Assembly: GCA_016208765.1 (NCBI GenBank)
Contig: JACQXK010000001.1
Span: 192,365 to 256,364 of the forward strand
Direction of reading: 5' to 3'
Source of the DNA: Candidatus Omnitrophota bacterium
Lineage (GTDB): Bacteria; Omnitrophota; Gorgyraeia; Gygaellales; Profunditerraquicolaceae
Length of the DNA stretch: 64,000 nucleotides
Below are positions 49,758 through 59,588 of this stretch, piece by piece. The notes below the pieces were generated by a model that had not been told where the DNA came from, did no database searches, and saw only the letters and a list, made by a program, of their open reading frames with translations. The position numbers and the translations under genes are program-made. Position 1 is the first letter of the stretch. Every line of letters begins with the position of its first letter.

Positions 49758-51328
49758 AAAAGAAAGAATCCGTAGCTAAGGATATGGAGAAGATCATTGC
49801 TTTGGGTAAGCAAAAGGGTTATTTGACATATGATGATGTAAATGAGCTTTTACCCGAAGACGTGTCTTCTTCCGAGGAAATAGACCGTTTGTTTGAATTA
49901 TTAGGCAACGAAGATATTGAGATCGTTGAAGGCTCAGATGATAAGTCCCAGGAGAAAACAGAAGCCATTTTAAAGGAGGAGTCCTTAAAGGAAGAATCTT
50001 TAAGGGAAGAGGCTTTAAGAGAAGAGGCGATTACCGAGCAGCTTAAGCTTGAAGAGCGGGCATTGCCTTTGGATGATCCTGTTAAAATGTACCTTAAGCA
50101 GATGGGTTCCATATCTCTTTTGTCCAGGGAAAATGAAATTGAGCTTGCTAAAAAGATAGAAGACGCAGAGGAGAAATTCAAGCGCGCGGCCATGGTTACC
50201 AGATTTGTGCGTAATGAAATCGCGGCAGTGGCGAATGAGATTATAGAGGGCAGGCTTAATCCGGAAGAAGTTGTTAAAGAAGATATCAAGGTGCAAAAAA
50301 ATAATGTTTCCGGAAAGATCCGCAGGATTGCCCGCCGCCTCAGGTATTCGCGCAGCAGCTCCGAGACCCTGAATTTATTGCTGCAGTTTAATTTTGTCAC
50401 TTCTGTTATTGAAACAGCGGTACGCAAGCTCATTGGTTTAATCAAGGAGATTGATTATATTGAGCGCAGCAGCCGCGGCAATAACCAGAGAAAAAAGGCA
50501 ATTTTAAGGCAGCTCGGCGACCCATATGCCAAGTTAAAAGAGCAGATGAAATTAATCCGCTCAACGCATCTGAAGTTTAACCGCACAAAGAAAAAACTTG
50601 TGGAGGCAAATTTAAGGCTTGTGGTCAGTATTGCCAAAAAATATACAAACCGCGGTTTGTCTTTTCTTGATTTGATTCAAGAAGGCAATATCGGATTGAT
50701 GCGTGCAGTAGAGAAGTTTGAATATAAAAGAGGCTATAAATTTTCTACTTATGCCACATGGTGGATCAGGCAGGCAATTACGCGTTCCATAGCTGACCAG
50801 GCGCGCACAATCAGAATTCCTGTGCATATGACAGAGACGATAAATAAGATCATCAGATTTTCGCGTGTTTTTGTGCAGGAGAATGGCAGGGAGCCTACGC
50901 CTGAGGAGATTGGACAGAAAATGCGCCTTCCGCAGGAAAAAGTTAAGTCTATTTTAAAGATAGCACAAGAACCTATATCGCTACAGATGCCCATAGGCGA
51001 CGAGGGGGATACTCATTTTGGAGATTTTATCCAGGATAAAAAAGCTGTTTCTCCTGCGAATGAGACGGTGCGTTCAATGCTTAAGGAAGAAATGTTTACT
51101 GCGCTTGGGACATTAACTGAACGTGAGAAAAAGATATTAGTCCTTCGTTTTGGAGTAAATGACGGATGCGCGCGCACCCTGGAAGAAGTCGGGAATATTT
51201 TTAAGGTTACCCGCGAACGAGTGCGCCAGATTGAGGCAAAGGCATTGAAGAAATTACGCCACCCTACGCGTTCACGACGCCTGAGAACATTTTTAGACAT
51301 GACTATTGCGCATCAGAGAGAGTGCTAA
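49754..51328 (+). CDS. rpoD: Primary RNA polymerase sigma factor (sigma-70/RpoD) with an acidic pentapeptide-repeat linker.
   Basis: Regions 1.2-4.2 are conserved ([19 protein letters not shown]…; …[24 protein letters not shown]). Repeats [20 protein letters not shown] lie in the region 1.1 linker. Confidence 0.95.
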   Translation: MKKKESVAKDMEKIIALGKQKGYLTYDDVNELLPEDVSSSEEIDRLFELLGNEDIEIVEGSDDKSQEKTEAILKEESLKEESLREEALREEAITEQLKLEERALPLDDPVKMYLKQMGSISLLSRENEIELAKKIEDAEEKFKRAAMVTRFVRNEIAAVANEIIEGRLNPEEVVKEDIKVQKNNVSGKIRRIARRLRYSRSSSETLNLLLQFNFVTSVIETAVRKLIGLIKEIDYIERSSRGNNQRKKAILRQLGDPYAKLKEQMKLIRSTHLKFNRTKKKLVEANLRLVVSIAKKYTNRGLSFLDLIQEGNIGLMRAVEKFEYKRGYKFSTYATWWIRQAITRSIADQARTIRIPVHMTETINKIIRFSRVFVQENGREPTPEEIGQKMRLPQEKVKSILKIAQEPISLQMPIGDEGDTHFGDFIQDKKAVSPANETVRSMLKEEMFTALGTLTEREKKILVLRFGVNDGCARTLEEVGNIFKVTRERVRQIEAKALKKLRHPTRSRRLRTFLDMTIAHQREC

Positions 51329-51346
51329 TCTACTTAGGAGGGTTTA

Positions 51347-51760
51347 ATGAAAAAGGTTTTATTTGTTTTGCTGACGGTGCTTTGTTTAACTGGTAATATC
51401 CTTGCAGAAGAAACTAAAGATGTATCGCCTGCGCCAGTTGCTAAACCCGGGTGCACAAGCATTGACACCGACGATGTGTCTATCCAGAAGACCCCTCTTA
51501 ATAAATTGGTTCGCGGTTCAGTTAACTCAGCAACATTCTTTTTGGAGATTCCTGCTTCAATTTGGGATGTTTCAGCCAAATCTAATTTCTTCAAAGGGTA
51601 TACCGTGGGTTTTTTTGACGGGTTACTCACCTCTGTAATGCGCTTAGGAACAGGTATTTTTGACGTGGTCACTTTTATTATACCACCGTATAACAAACCC
51701 CTGCTTGAACCCGAATATGCCTTTGATAGCGCAATAAAAAAGATGAGCAGGGGTTGGTAG
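51347..51760 (+). CDS. Small secreted protein, paralog of the convergent neighbour.
   Basis: Signal peptide MKKVLFVLLTVLCLTGNILA. C-terminal motif G.G.FD…PPYNKPLLEPEYAFD is shared with the ORF at 51766..52248 (-). Confidence 0.6.
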   Translation: MKKVLFVLLTVLCLTGNILAEETKDVSPAPVAKPGCTSIDTDDVSIQKTPLNKLVRGSVNSATFFLEIPASIWDVSAKSNFFKGYTVGFFDGLLTSVMRLGTGIFDVVTFIIPPYNKPLLEPEYAFDSAIKKMSRGW

Positions 51761-51765
51761 TAATC

Positions 51766-52248
51766 CTACCATTTTAAAAGCGGTATTTTATATCCTTCCT
51801 TGTTTGGGTCGTCTACTTTATATTTTGGTTTCATTAACGGTTTATCATAAGGAGGCAATCCGCTTGTTGCCACATCAACGCTGCCTGCTATTCCACGTGC
51901 GATTCCTGTGACTATCCCTTCTCCAAAGCCCACAATTGAGCCGACAACAACATTGCTTTTCTTTGAATTTTCTTGAATTTTATCCGGGACATCAACCCAG
52001 GATGTTAACACGTTAATTAGGCCTTCGCCCATTTTATAACCGGCAGTATTTTTATCAAGTTTATTTGTGTTGACGTTTTCCAGAAAAGCGCTTGGGATGG
52101 GCCTTAGGCTCACTCCGGCTACAGAAGGTGCAACTATTTCAGGTTGGGCGTAAATATTTGCGCAGGCAAAGAAGATCAAAGCTAAACTTGCCATTAAGAG
52201 CACTAATTTCTTCATCTTCCACCTCCTTGGCAGCCCCTCTATCCACAC
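51766..52248 (-). CDS. Small secreted protein, paralog of 51347..51760.
   Basis: Signal peptide MKKLVLLMASLALIFFACANIYA. C-terminal motif …GLPPYDKPLMKPKYKVD. Confidence 0.6.
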   Translation of the reverse strand: MWIEGLPRRWKMKKLVLLMASLALIFFACANIYAQPEIVAPSVAGVSLRPIPSAFLENVNTNKLDKNTAGYKMGEGLINVLTSWVDVPDKIQENSKKSNVVVGSIVGFGEGIVTGIARGIAGSVDVATSGLPPYDKPLMKPKYKVDDPNKEGYKIPLLKW

Positions 52249-52427
52249 ACTGGTCGGTGTAGGGACAGGTAACTTTGCGCCCCAGCATTGCTGCTGGTTT
52301 GCCTTTTTTCAATAGGTCCAAAGTAAATATAACATATTTGATTTGCTTATTCAAGGCAGAGGCTGGAAAAGTATTGTAATTAATGTAGGGGTATATATAA
52401 TAAGAATAGCCAGAAAAGGGGGGTTAT

Positions 52428-52820
52428 ATGGTTAGAATGATTATATTTATTGCCTGTGTGTTGACATTTTGTGGTTGTTCTCTTGATAAGAATAGGCCTG
52501 TAAGGTTCTCTGTCGGGATGAGTAAAAGAGCAGTAGTTGATATGGTTGGTAAGGACAAGATTAGGACAGGTTATACATGGGGAGCCGACGATGTGAGCCA
52601 GGGGTACGGAGATAGATATAAATCAGAAGTTTTTGATAACCATGATGCAGAATTAGAAGTTTTGTATTTTTGTGCCAATCCCGATAAAACTGCAAGTGAA
52701 ATGAGTGAAAGCGAAATGATCCCGCTTATCTTTAAGGATGGGTTTCTTGCCGGCTGGGGCAGGGATTATTACGAAAAATCAATTCCTGATGATAAAATGT
52801 TAAATAAATTCTTGAAATAA
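52428..52820 (+). CDS. Putative lipoprotein.
   Basis: N-terminal hydrophobic segment ending …LTFCGCSL, a lipobox-like motif; 130 aa. Confidence 0.45.
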   Translation: MVRMIIFIACVLTFCGCSLDKNRPVRFSVGMSKRAVVDMVGKDKIRTGYTWGADDVSQGYGDRYKSEVFDNHDAELEVLYFCANPDKTASEMSESEMIPLIFKDGFLAGWGRDYYEKSIPDDKMLNKFLK

Positions 52821-53084
52821 TTTGCTCTAAATTGCCTCAAAATTGCCTCAAATTTCACTTGTCGCGCGAGCCTTCCTGTGTTAAACTATTAAATCTGAAT
52901 TATTTGCTAAGCCCCTATGCAGCACTAATTTTAATTTTTTGTGTTTTAAAGGCATAAATTAGGGCCCATAGCTCAGCCCCGACGTGCTCATTTCATTCGC
53001 GGTCGGGGTTCCGACCGAGCGAAAGCGAGCGTCGGGATTGGTTAAAAGGTTTTCGCTATGGGTAGCGCAGATTTAAGAAGATTA

Positions 53085-53158
53085 GGGCCCATAGCTCAGT
53101 TGGTCAGAGCAGGTGACTCATAATCACTTGGTCCGGGGTTCAAGTCCCTGTGGGCCCA
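53085..53158 (+). tRNA. tRNA with anticodon CAT. It is an elongator Met or a lysidine-modified Ile2 tRNA; it is not an initiator type.
   Basis: Cloverleaf folded by hand: acceptor GGGCCCA/TGGGCCC, D-arm GCTC-AGTTGGTCA-GAGC, anticodon arm GGTGA-CTCATAA-TCACT, T-arm CGGGG-TTCAAGT-CCCTG, discriminator A. Confidence 0.85.
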
Positions 53159-53174
53159 GAGATGAAATTGACGA

Positions 53175-53248
53175 GGGCATTTAGCTCAGTTGGTTAGAGC
53201 GCTACATTCACATTGTAGAGGTCAGAGGTTCAAGTCCTCTAATGCCCA
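53175..53248 (+). tRNA. tRNA-Val (anticodon CAC).
   Basis: Acceptor GGGCATT/AATGCCC, anticodon arm CTACA-TTCACAT-TGTAG, T-arm AGAGG-TTCAAGT-CCTCT, discriminator A. Confidence 0.85.
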
Positions 53249-53347
53249 TTTGAAAAAAATAATGCAGCTTGGCCCCGACGCTAACAAAAAAGCTAGTTCG
53301 GGAAAGTTCTTTAATACACTATATTATCAAAGAAAAGGAGAGCTAAT

Positions 53348-54064
53348 TTGCCAGTAGATCTTAAAACTCAGCTTGGGAGTTTGATTAAGCTTCAAACCAT
53401 TGATAGCGAAATCCATGTCTTAAATACTGAAAAGTCGGCTAAGCCGCAGGAAATCAAGGCGTTACAGGATATTTTTGAAAGCAAGAAACAACATTTAAAC
53501 GAGCTTGAAAAGCAACTTTTGGATTTACAAAAACAACGAAAAGATAAGGAGCTTGAGCTGGCTTCAAAAGATGAAAACGTAAAAAAACTGCAAGGGCAAC
53601 TATTTTCGTTAAAGACCAACAAAGAATATTCTACGATGTTACAGCAAATCCAGGATGCAAAAGCTGATTCTTCTTTGATTGAAGACAAGGTATTACAATT
53701 ATTTGAACAAGCAGATAAGATTAGGCTTGAAGTGGATCGGGAAAAACTGCATTTAAAGGAAGAAGAAAAAAGTTTTAATGCAGAAAAAGCAAAAGTTGAT
53801 AATCGTGTTAAAGAGATTGATGATAGGCTCGCCCAGTTAGAGGCTCAGAGAAAGCAGGCTATTCCGGATATTGATCAGAAGATACTGTCTCAATATGATC
53901 GTATTCTTAAGAATCGCGACGGCTTGGCTATTGCCTTGGTTAAAAATGACTCCTGCGGCGGGTGCAACATGCTTGTTCCGGCCCAGGTAATTAATTTAAT
54001 AAAAATGTATGAGCGCATTATTACTTGTGAAACTTGTAACCGCATGCTTTATGTGGAAGAATGA
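53348..54064 (+). CDS. COG1579/DUF164-type coiled-coil protein with a C-terminal C4 zinc ribbon.
   Basis: Long coiled-coil followed by CGGCNMLVP…CETCNRMLY. Confidence 0.65.
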   Translation: MPVDLKTQLGSLIKLQTIDSEIHVLNTEKSAKPQEIKALQDIFESKKQHLNELEKQLLDLQKQRKDKELELASKDENVKKLQGQLFSLKTNKEYSTMLQQIQDAKADSSLIEDKVLQLFEQADKIRLEVDREKLHLKEEEKSFNAEKAKVDNRVKEIDDRLAQLEAQRKQAIPDIDQKILSQYDRILKNRDGLAIALVKNDSCGGCNMLVPAQVINLIKMYERIITCETCNRMLYVEE

Positions 54065-54471
54065 GCGAATTAGAAATCTATATTGATGGAGCCTCCAAGG
54101 GCAATCCCGGCCCGAGCGGAGTGGGTGTTGTTATTTGTCATAACGGTGAAATTGTCAAAAAGATCTCAAATTATATCGGGGAGGCCACAAACAATGTGGC
54201 TGAATACACCGCTCTTATTCACGCTTTGCAGGAAAGTTTGATCCTCAGAGCGAAAAAATTAAAAATATTTACAGATAGCGAATTGCTCTATCGCCAGCTT
54301 AAGAAAGTTTACCGGGTAAAAAATGAAAACATCCTGATTTTGTATAAGCAGGCGGAGCATCTTTTAACCGGGTTTGAAATATTTTCTATAAATCATATTC
54401 CTCGGGAAAACAATAAAGAAGCAGATAAATTAGCAACATTAGCAGTAAAAAACGCTTTTAAGAAATCGTAA
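54061..54471 (+). CDS. rnhA: Ribonuclease HI.
   Basis: IYIDGASKGNPGPSGVGVV N-terminus with the conserved DEDD residues; 136 aa. Confidence 0.85.
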   Translation: MSELEIYIDGASKGNPGPSGVGVVICHNGEIVKKISNYIGEATNNVAEYTALIHALQESLILRAKKLKIFTDSELLYRQLKKVYRVKNENILILYKQAEHLLTGFEIFSINHIPRENNKEADKLATLAVKNAFKKS

Positions 54472-54481
54472 CTTTGATAAT

Positions 54482-54846
54482 TTGGGGTAGGTGGAATGTG
54501 GCTGCCCCTGCGTCAATTGGCGTAGGGGAGGAAAGTCCGGGCTCCGGAGGACAACGTAATGGCTAACAGCCATCCCTCGGTGATAAACCGGGGAGGATTA
54601 GAGCTACAGAGACGAGCCCCCGCGCCTTGGTGCGGGGGAGTGAAACGAGCAATCTCTACGTGGAGCAAGGTTCAATAGGGGATGAGCTTCGTAAAGAAAT
54701 TTATGAGGCAGGTGCTGGTCCGGCGCGTTATTAATCCCGGGTAGACTGCTTGAGTCCCGGCAGAAATGCCGAGGAACAGAGAAATGGTCACTAATGGTGC
54801 GGATATTCGTACTGAAACAGAACCCGGCTTATTCTTCTTGCCCCAA
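54482..54846 (+). ncRNA. rnpB: RNase P RNA (bacterial type-A-like).
   Basis: Contains the universally conserved GGAAAGTCCGGGCTCC (P4 5' strand) and ACAGAACCCGGCTTA (P4 3' strand). The 5' TTGGGGTAGG and 3' CTTGCCCCAA can form P1. Confidence 0.85.
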
Positions 54847-54957
54847 TATTAGTTTAGGGCTAATAGTATATTGTTTGTTGCAAAATCTTGCGATAGGCGA
54901 TATGCGATAAGCATAATGATTTAAAATAAAAAATCAATTCTAAAGGGAGGTAATACA

Positions 54958-55713
54958 ATGTCAGGTCATTCTAAATGGAAGACAAATAAAGGCAAAAAAA
55001 TGGTTGCCGACGCCAAAAAAGGAGCAACTTATACCAGGATCATTAAGGAACTTACTGTAATTGCCCGTGAAGGCGGCGGTAACCCGGATACTAATCCGCG
55101 ATTACGCGCTGTAATGCAAAAAGCAAAAGAAGCAAATATGCCTAACGATAATGTGAAGATGGCAATCAAGCGCGGTACAGGCGAGCTTCCCGGCGTGGTT
55201 TATGAAACAGTGACTTATGAAGCCTATGGCCCGGGCGGTGTTGCAATTATGATTGAAGCGTTAACGGATAATAAGAATAGGGCTACTGCGGAATTGCGCA
55301 ACATCCTTTCAAAAAAAGGCGGTAATATGGCGGGTGCCGGTTCTGTGAGTTGGATGTTTACCAAAAAAGGGTATTTTTTGATTGAGAAGAGCCAGATCCA
55401 GGAAGATGCTTTAATGGATATCGTGCTTAATGCTGGTGCAGAAGATATCAAAACCGAAGGCGATAACTACGAAATTACCACTCCAGTGCAGGATTTTGAG
55501 AAAGTAAAACAGGCGCTTGAAGCCAAAGGTGTTAAATGGCAGGATGCAGAATTAACTATGGTTCCTTCATCTACAGTTAAGGTAGCTGGAAATGAAGCAA
55601 AGCAAGTGTTGTCATTAGTTGAATCATTGGAAGAACACGATGATGTGCAGCAGGTTTATGCAAATTTTGATATTCCTGACGAGATCTTGGAACAGGCTGC
55701 AAATGAAGAATGA
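54958..55713 (+). CDS. yebC: YebC/PmpR-family transcriptional regulator.
   Basis: MSGHSKWKTNKGKK… is the hallmark YebC N-terminus; 251 aa. Confidence 0.9.
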   Translation: MSGHSKWKTNKGKKMVADAKKGATYTRIIKELTVIAREGGGNPDTNPRLRAVMQKAKEANMPNDNVKMAIKRGTGELPGVVYETVTYEAYGPGGVAIMIEALTDNKNRATAELRNILSKKGGNMAGAGSVSWMFTKKGYFLIEKSQIQEDALMDIVLNAGAEDIKTEGDNYEITTPVQDFEKVKQALEAKGVKWQDAELTMVPSSTVKVAGNEAKQVLSLVESLEEHDDVQQVYANFDIPDEILEQAANEE

Positions 55714-56192
55714 TAATTTTAGGAGTTGACCCTGCTTTATCTGTTACCGGGTACGGGGTGGTAGATGTAAGAAAGAATAGTATCTCTCTGATTGAAGCAG
55801 GTGTAATAACAACTCAAGCCAATGATCTTTTACCGCAGCGTTTAGGAAAGATTCATCAGGCAATTAACAAATTGATCATTGATACAAAACCGCAAGTTCT
55901 AGTCTTGGAAAAAGTTTATTCGCATTATCGGCATCCGGTAACTGCGTTTCTTTTAGGACAGGCTCGCGGAGTTATTTGTCTTTCTTGTGCAACTGCAAAG
56001 ATTCCGCTTGTTGAATATGCGGCAACCAGAGTAAAAAAAGCAATTGTGGGCAAAGGGCTTGCTGCAAAATCTCAGGTTCAGCGGATGGTGGCAGATACAC
56101 TGGGTTTAAAGGTTTTGCCAAAATATACCGACGTTACTGATGCCTTGGCTTTGGCGATTGCGCATAGTTATATTGCAAGGCCGCAAATATGA
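55710..56192 (+). CDS. ruvC: Holliday-junction resolvase RuvC.
   Basis: MIILGVDPALSVTGYGV… with the RuvC catalytic Asp pattern; 160 aa. Confidence 0.9.
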   Translation: MIILGVDPALSVTGYGVVDVRKNSISLIEAGVITTQANDLLPQRLGKIHQAINKLIIDTKPQVLVLEKVYSHYRHPVTAFLLGQARGVICLSCATAKIPLVEYAATRVKKAIVGKGLAAKSQVQRMVADTLGLKVLPKYTDVTDALALAIAHSYIARPQI

Positions 56193-56818
56193 TATCAAGA
56201 ATATCCGGAAAAATTGTTGAAAAAGGAAATAATTACCTGATTATTGAAATCGGTAATTTGTGTTATGAGGTTTTAATCCCGACTGCAGTTATGCAGCGTT
56301 TGGATGAAAATTCGTTAAATAACGGAAATATAAATTTAGTCACGTTTCATTATCATCAGGTTGAGCCTTCTAAGTCAATACCTGTTCTAATTGGGTTCTT
56401 GAATGATATTGAGCGTGATTTTTTTGAGACTTTTATCACGGTTTCAGGGATTGGCCCGCGGGCAGCATTAAGGGCGATCAATAAGCCCATATCATTAATT
56501 GCAAAAGCTATTGATGAAGCGGATTTAAAATTCTTAAAATCTCTTCCGGGGATAGGGGAGCAGCGTGCAAAAGAAATTGTCGCTAAGCTTCAGAATAAAG
56601 TAGGAAAATTCGGTTTACTGCAGGATACTGCGTCGGAAAAGAAAACAGATGATAAGAACTCCGGTATTATTGCCGAGGCATTGGCAGTGTTGATGCAGCT
56701 TGAATACAGGAAGCCGGAGGCAACAATGATGCTAAAAAAAGCAATGGAGATGTCTCCTGAAATTGAAACAACAGAAGAATTGTTGAACCTTGTTTATAAG
56801 CAAAAAAAGGCAGGATAA
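56189..56818 (+). CDS. ruvA: Holliday-junction branch-migration protein RuvA.
   Basis: MISRISGKI… N-terminus and HhH motifs (…LPGIGEQRAKEIV…). Confidence 0.9.
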   Translation: MISRISGKIVEKGNNYLIIEIGNLCYEVLIPTAVMQRLDENSLNNGNINLVTFHYHQVEPSKSIPVLIGFLNDIERDFFETFITVSGIGPRAALRAINKPISLIAKAIDEADLKFLKSLPGIGEQRAKEIVAKLQNKVGKFGLLQDTASEKKTDDKNSGIIAEALAVLMQLEYRKPEATMMLKKAMEMSPEIETTEELLNLVYKQKKAG

Positions 56819-56821
56819 ATT

Positions 56822-57463
56822 ATGGCTGAAGATAATGTTAAATCCGCACTTGAGGCATTGATATTTGCCAGCGATAAACCTTTAACTATTGAACAGGCAA
56901 AAAAAGTTTTAGGTGATATTGATTCAACTCAAATCAGAAAAGTCCTGGAAGAATTAAAAACAGATTATGAAGTTCATGGCAGAGGGATACGTATTACAGA
57001 AGTCGCAGGCGGTTTTCAGATGATCACCTCTCCTGTGTTTGCGTCTTTTTTAAAGAAATTATTTAAAGAGCGCCATACCGACAGATTATCAAAGCCTGCA
57101 CTTGAAACATTGGCAATTATTGCCTATAAACAGCCGTTAACGCGGCTTGAGATAGAGTCTTTGCGTAATGTTAATGTTGACGGAGTAATGAAAAGCCTTG
57201 CTGATAAAAATATGGTTCGCGTTGTAGGAAGAAAAAAAATCCCAGGAAGGCCTTTTGTTTATGGGACCACGCGGCAGTTCCTGGAATATTTCGGCTTAAA
57301 ATCATTGAATGAATTGCCTAAAATGGAAGATTTCTCAAGCCTTGTTTCCCAGACGACAAAAGAATCGGAAGTAGAGGAGATCGCCGAGGAGCACAAAGGA
57401 CAGGGCATAGATCAAACTATGGAGGAGAAGCATGAACCTAAAGAACCTGCGTCAGCAAATTGA
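56822..57463 (+). CDS. scpB: Segregation and condensation protein B.
   Basis: Tandem winged-helix pattern (…ALEALIFASDKPLTIEQ… ; …LETLAIIAYKQPLTRLEIE…). Confidence 0.85.
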   Translation: MAEDNVKSALEALIFASDKPLTIEQAKKVLGDIDSTQIRKVLEELKTDYEVHGRGIRITEVAGGFQMITSPVFASFLKKLFKERHTDRLSKPALETLAIIAYKQPLTRLEIESLRNVNVDGVMKSLADKNMVRVVGRKKIPGRPFVYGTTRQFLEYFGLKSLNELPKMEDFSSLVSQTTKESEVEEIAEEHKGQGIDQTMEEKHEPKEPASAN

Positions 57464-58493
57464 CGGTATAGATAAGAAACTTACAGAACTTTTAAACTTG
57501 CGCGCAAAGATTACTTTATCAGTTGCAAAAGAAAAAGAGAAAAGCGGCAGGAGTATTTATTCCCCTGACAGGGAAAGAGAAGTATTAAGGAAAATAGTTT
57601 CCGAAAATAAAGGCCCTTTGACCGGCAATGCCTTAGAGGCGATTTACCGCGAGATTATGTCTTCAAGCCTTGTCTTGGAAAAAGGTTTAAAGATTGCTTA
57701 TATGGGGCCAAAGGCTTCTTTTTCGCATCTGGCTGCTTTAAAAAGATTTGGCACACAGCTTGAATACGTTGCTTGTGAAAGCATACCCGGAGTATTTTTG
57801 GAAGTAGAGCGGGGCAATGCAGACTATGGTGTGGTCCCGATTGAAAATTCTATTGAAGGTGCAATCAGCTACACCTTGGATGTGTTCATGGATTCTGATT
57901 TAAAGATATGCGCGCAGATACTTTTGGATGTTTCACACAATTTATTGGCAAATTGCGCAAAGGCTAAAATAAAACGGATTTATTCAAATCCACAGGTTTT
58001 CGGGCAGTGCCGGATTTGGCTGCAGAAAAATTTGCCCGGCTTAGAGTTAATTGAGGTTTCAAGCACTACGCGCGCAGCTCAAATTGCAGCAAAAGAAAAA
58101 AACAGCGCTTGTATCGCTTCTTTGCTGGCTGCAAAGGTGTATAAGTTAAGGGTGCTTGCTTCCGATATTGAAGATTCACCGCATAATATCACGCGGTTCT
58201 TGGTAATAGGAAAAACTATTGTTGCACCAACTGGAAATGATAAAACTTCTGTAGTTTTCTCAATTAAAGACAAGGTTGGGGCTTTATATGATATGCTGGT
58301 GTCATTTAAGAAATATAAGATCAACCTGACGAAGATTGAATCGCGGCCTTCCAAGAAAAAGGCCTGGGATTATTATTTCTTCGTGGACTTGATCGGGCAT
58401 CAGGGTGATCCGCGCATAAAAAAGGCGCTTCTTGAGCTGGAAAATAAATGTAAATTCTTAAAAATACTTGGTTCATATCCCGTCGGAGAATAA
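57432..58493 (+). CDS. pheA: Bifunctional chorismate mutase / prephenate dehydratase.
   Basis: N-terminal CM (LRQQIDGIDKKLTELLNLRAKI), a PDT domain and a C-terminal ACT domain. Confidence 0.85.
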   Translation: MNLKNLRQQIDGIDKKLTELLNLRAKITLSVAKEKEKSGRSIYSPDREREVLRKIVSENKGPLTGNALEAIYREIMSSSLVLEKGLKIAYMGPKASFSHLAALKRFGTQLEYVACESIPGVFLEVERGNADYGVVPIENSIEGAISYTLDVFMDSDLKICAQILLDVSHNLLANCAKAKIKRIYSNPQVFGQCRIWLQKNLPGLELIEVSSTTRAAQIAAKEKNSACIASLLAAKVYKLRVLASDIEDSPHNITRFLVIGKTIVAPTGNDKTSVVFSIKDKVGALYDMLVSFKKYKINLTKIESRPSKKKAWDYYFFVDLIGHQGDPRIKKALLELENKCKFLKILGSYPVGE

Positions 58494-59576
58494 ATGAGCA
58501 CTCTTGTCAGAAAACATATCCTGAAAATTGATCCTTATGAGGCAGGCAAACCCATTGAGGAGGTAAAACGCCAGCTAGGGCTAAAAGAAGTTATTAAATT
58601 AGCTTCCAATGAAAACTCCCTCGGGGTTTCTCCTAAGGCAATCGCTGCAATGAAAAAAGCGCTGCCTCAGGTAAACCGTTATCCTGATTCAAGCGGATTT
58701 TATTTAAAAAGGAAATTGGCAAAGTCACTGGGGGTGGCACCTGCAAACATTGTGTTAGGCAATGGTTCTGACGAGTTGATTGATATAATTATTAAGACCT
58801 TTGTGGAAGAAGATGAACATATTTTAACCGCGGACCACACCTTTCTTGAGTATAAGATTATCGGCAGCGTAAAGGGCCGCACTGTAACTACTGTGCCGCT
58901 AAAATATTTTAAATATGATTTAGTTTCATTAAAAAAGAAAATTGAGCGTAATACCAAGTTGATTTTTATTGCAAACCCCAATAATCCAACCGGAACCTAC
59001 GTAACTAAATATGAACTTGAAGATTTTCTTAAGGATCTGCCCCAGGGAGTGATCCTGGTTCTTGATGAAGCTTATGATGCTTTTATTGATGTTGATGATT
59101 TTCCGAATAGCTTAAGCCTGATCAGGAATAAAAATGTGATTATCTTAAAAACTTTCTCCAAGGCTTATGGTTTGGCCGGGATCAGGCTTGGTTATGCTGT
59201 AACTAAGCCTGAACTTGCTGCTTATATGGAAATTTCCCGACAGCCATTTAATGTGAATTTACTTGCACAGGCAGCAGGCATGGCAGCAATTGAAGACAAG
59301 GCCTTCTTGCAGAAAACCCGCAGGATGGTACTTGAAGGGAAAAAATATCTTTATGATAATTTAAAAAGACTCGGCCTTGCTTATGTGCCGAGTGCGGCTA
59401 ATTTTATTCTTATTGACGTCGGAAAAGATGGAGTTGAATTATTCCGGGAGATGCTGAAGTTCGGCGTGATCATACGCAATATGCGCCAGTATGGTTTAAA
59501 AAATTATATTAGAGTAACTATCGGGACAAAAAGAGAGAATGAGAGATTTATTAAGGTGTTGAAAAAAGCCTTATAG
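58494..59576 (+). CDS. hisC: Histidinol-phosphate / aromatic aminotransferase (class II).
   Basis: LASNENSLGVSP…, plus the PLP-lysine region KTFSKAYGLAGIRLGY. Confidence 0.85.
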   Translation: MSTLVRKHILKIDPYEAGKPIEEVKRQLGLKEVIKLASNENSLGVSPKAIAAMKKALPQVNRYPDSSGFYLKRKLAKSLGVAPANIVLGNGSDELIDIIIKTFVEEDEHILTADHTFLEYKIIGSVKGRTVTTVPLKYFKYDLVSLKKKIERNTKLIFIANPNNPTGTYVTKYELEDFLKDLPQGVILVLDEAYDAFIDVDDFPNSLSLIRNKNVIILKTFSKAYGLAGIRLGYAVTKPELAAYMEISRQPFNVNLLAQAAGMAAIEDKAFLQKTRRMVLEGKKYLYDNLKRLGLAYVPSAANFILIDVGKDGVELFREMLKFGVIIRNMRQYGLKNYIRVTIGTKRENERFIKVLKKAL

Positions 59577-59588
59577 GGGAGGAGAGTT

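Noticed and set aside
52962-53083. A third tRNA gene beginning with AGGGCCCATAGCTCAG.
   Set aside because: After the first 16 nt there is no D-arm, anticodon-arm or T-arm, and no 3' acceptor strand. It is only a duplicated 5' fragment followed by unrelated GC-rich sequence.
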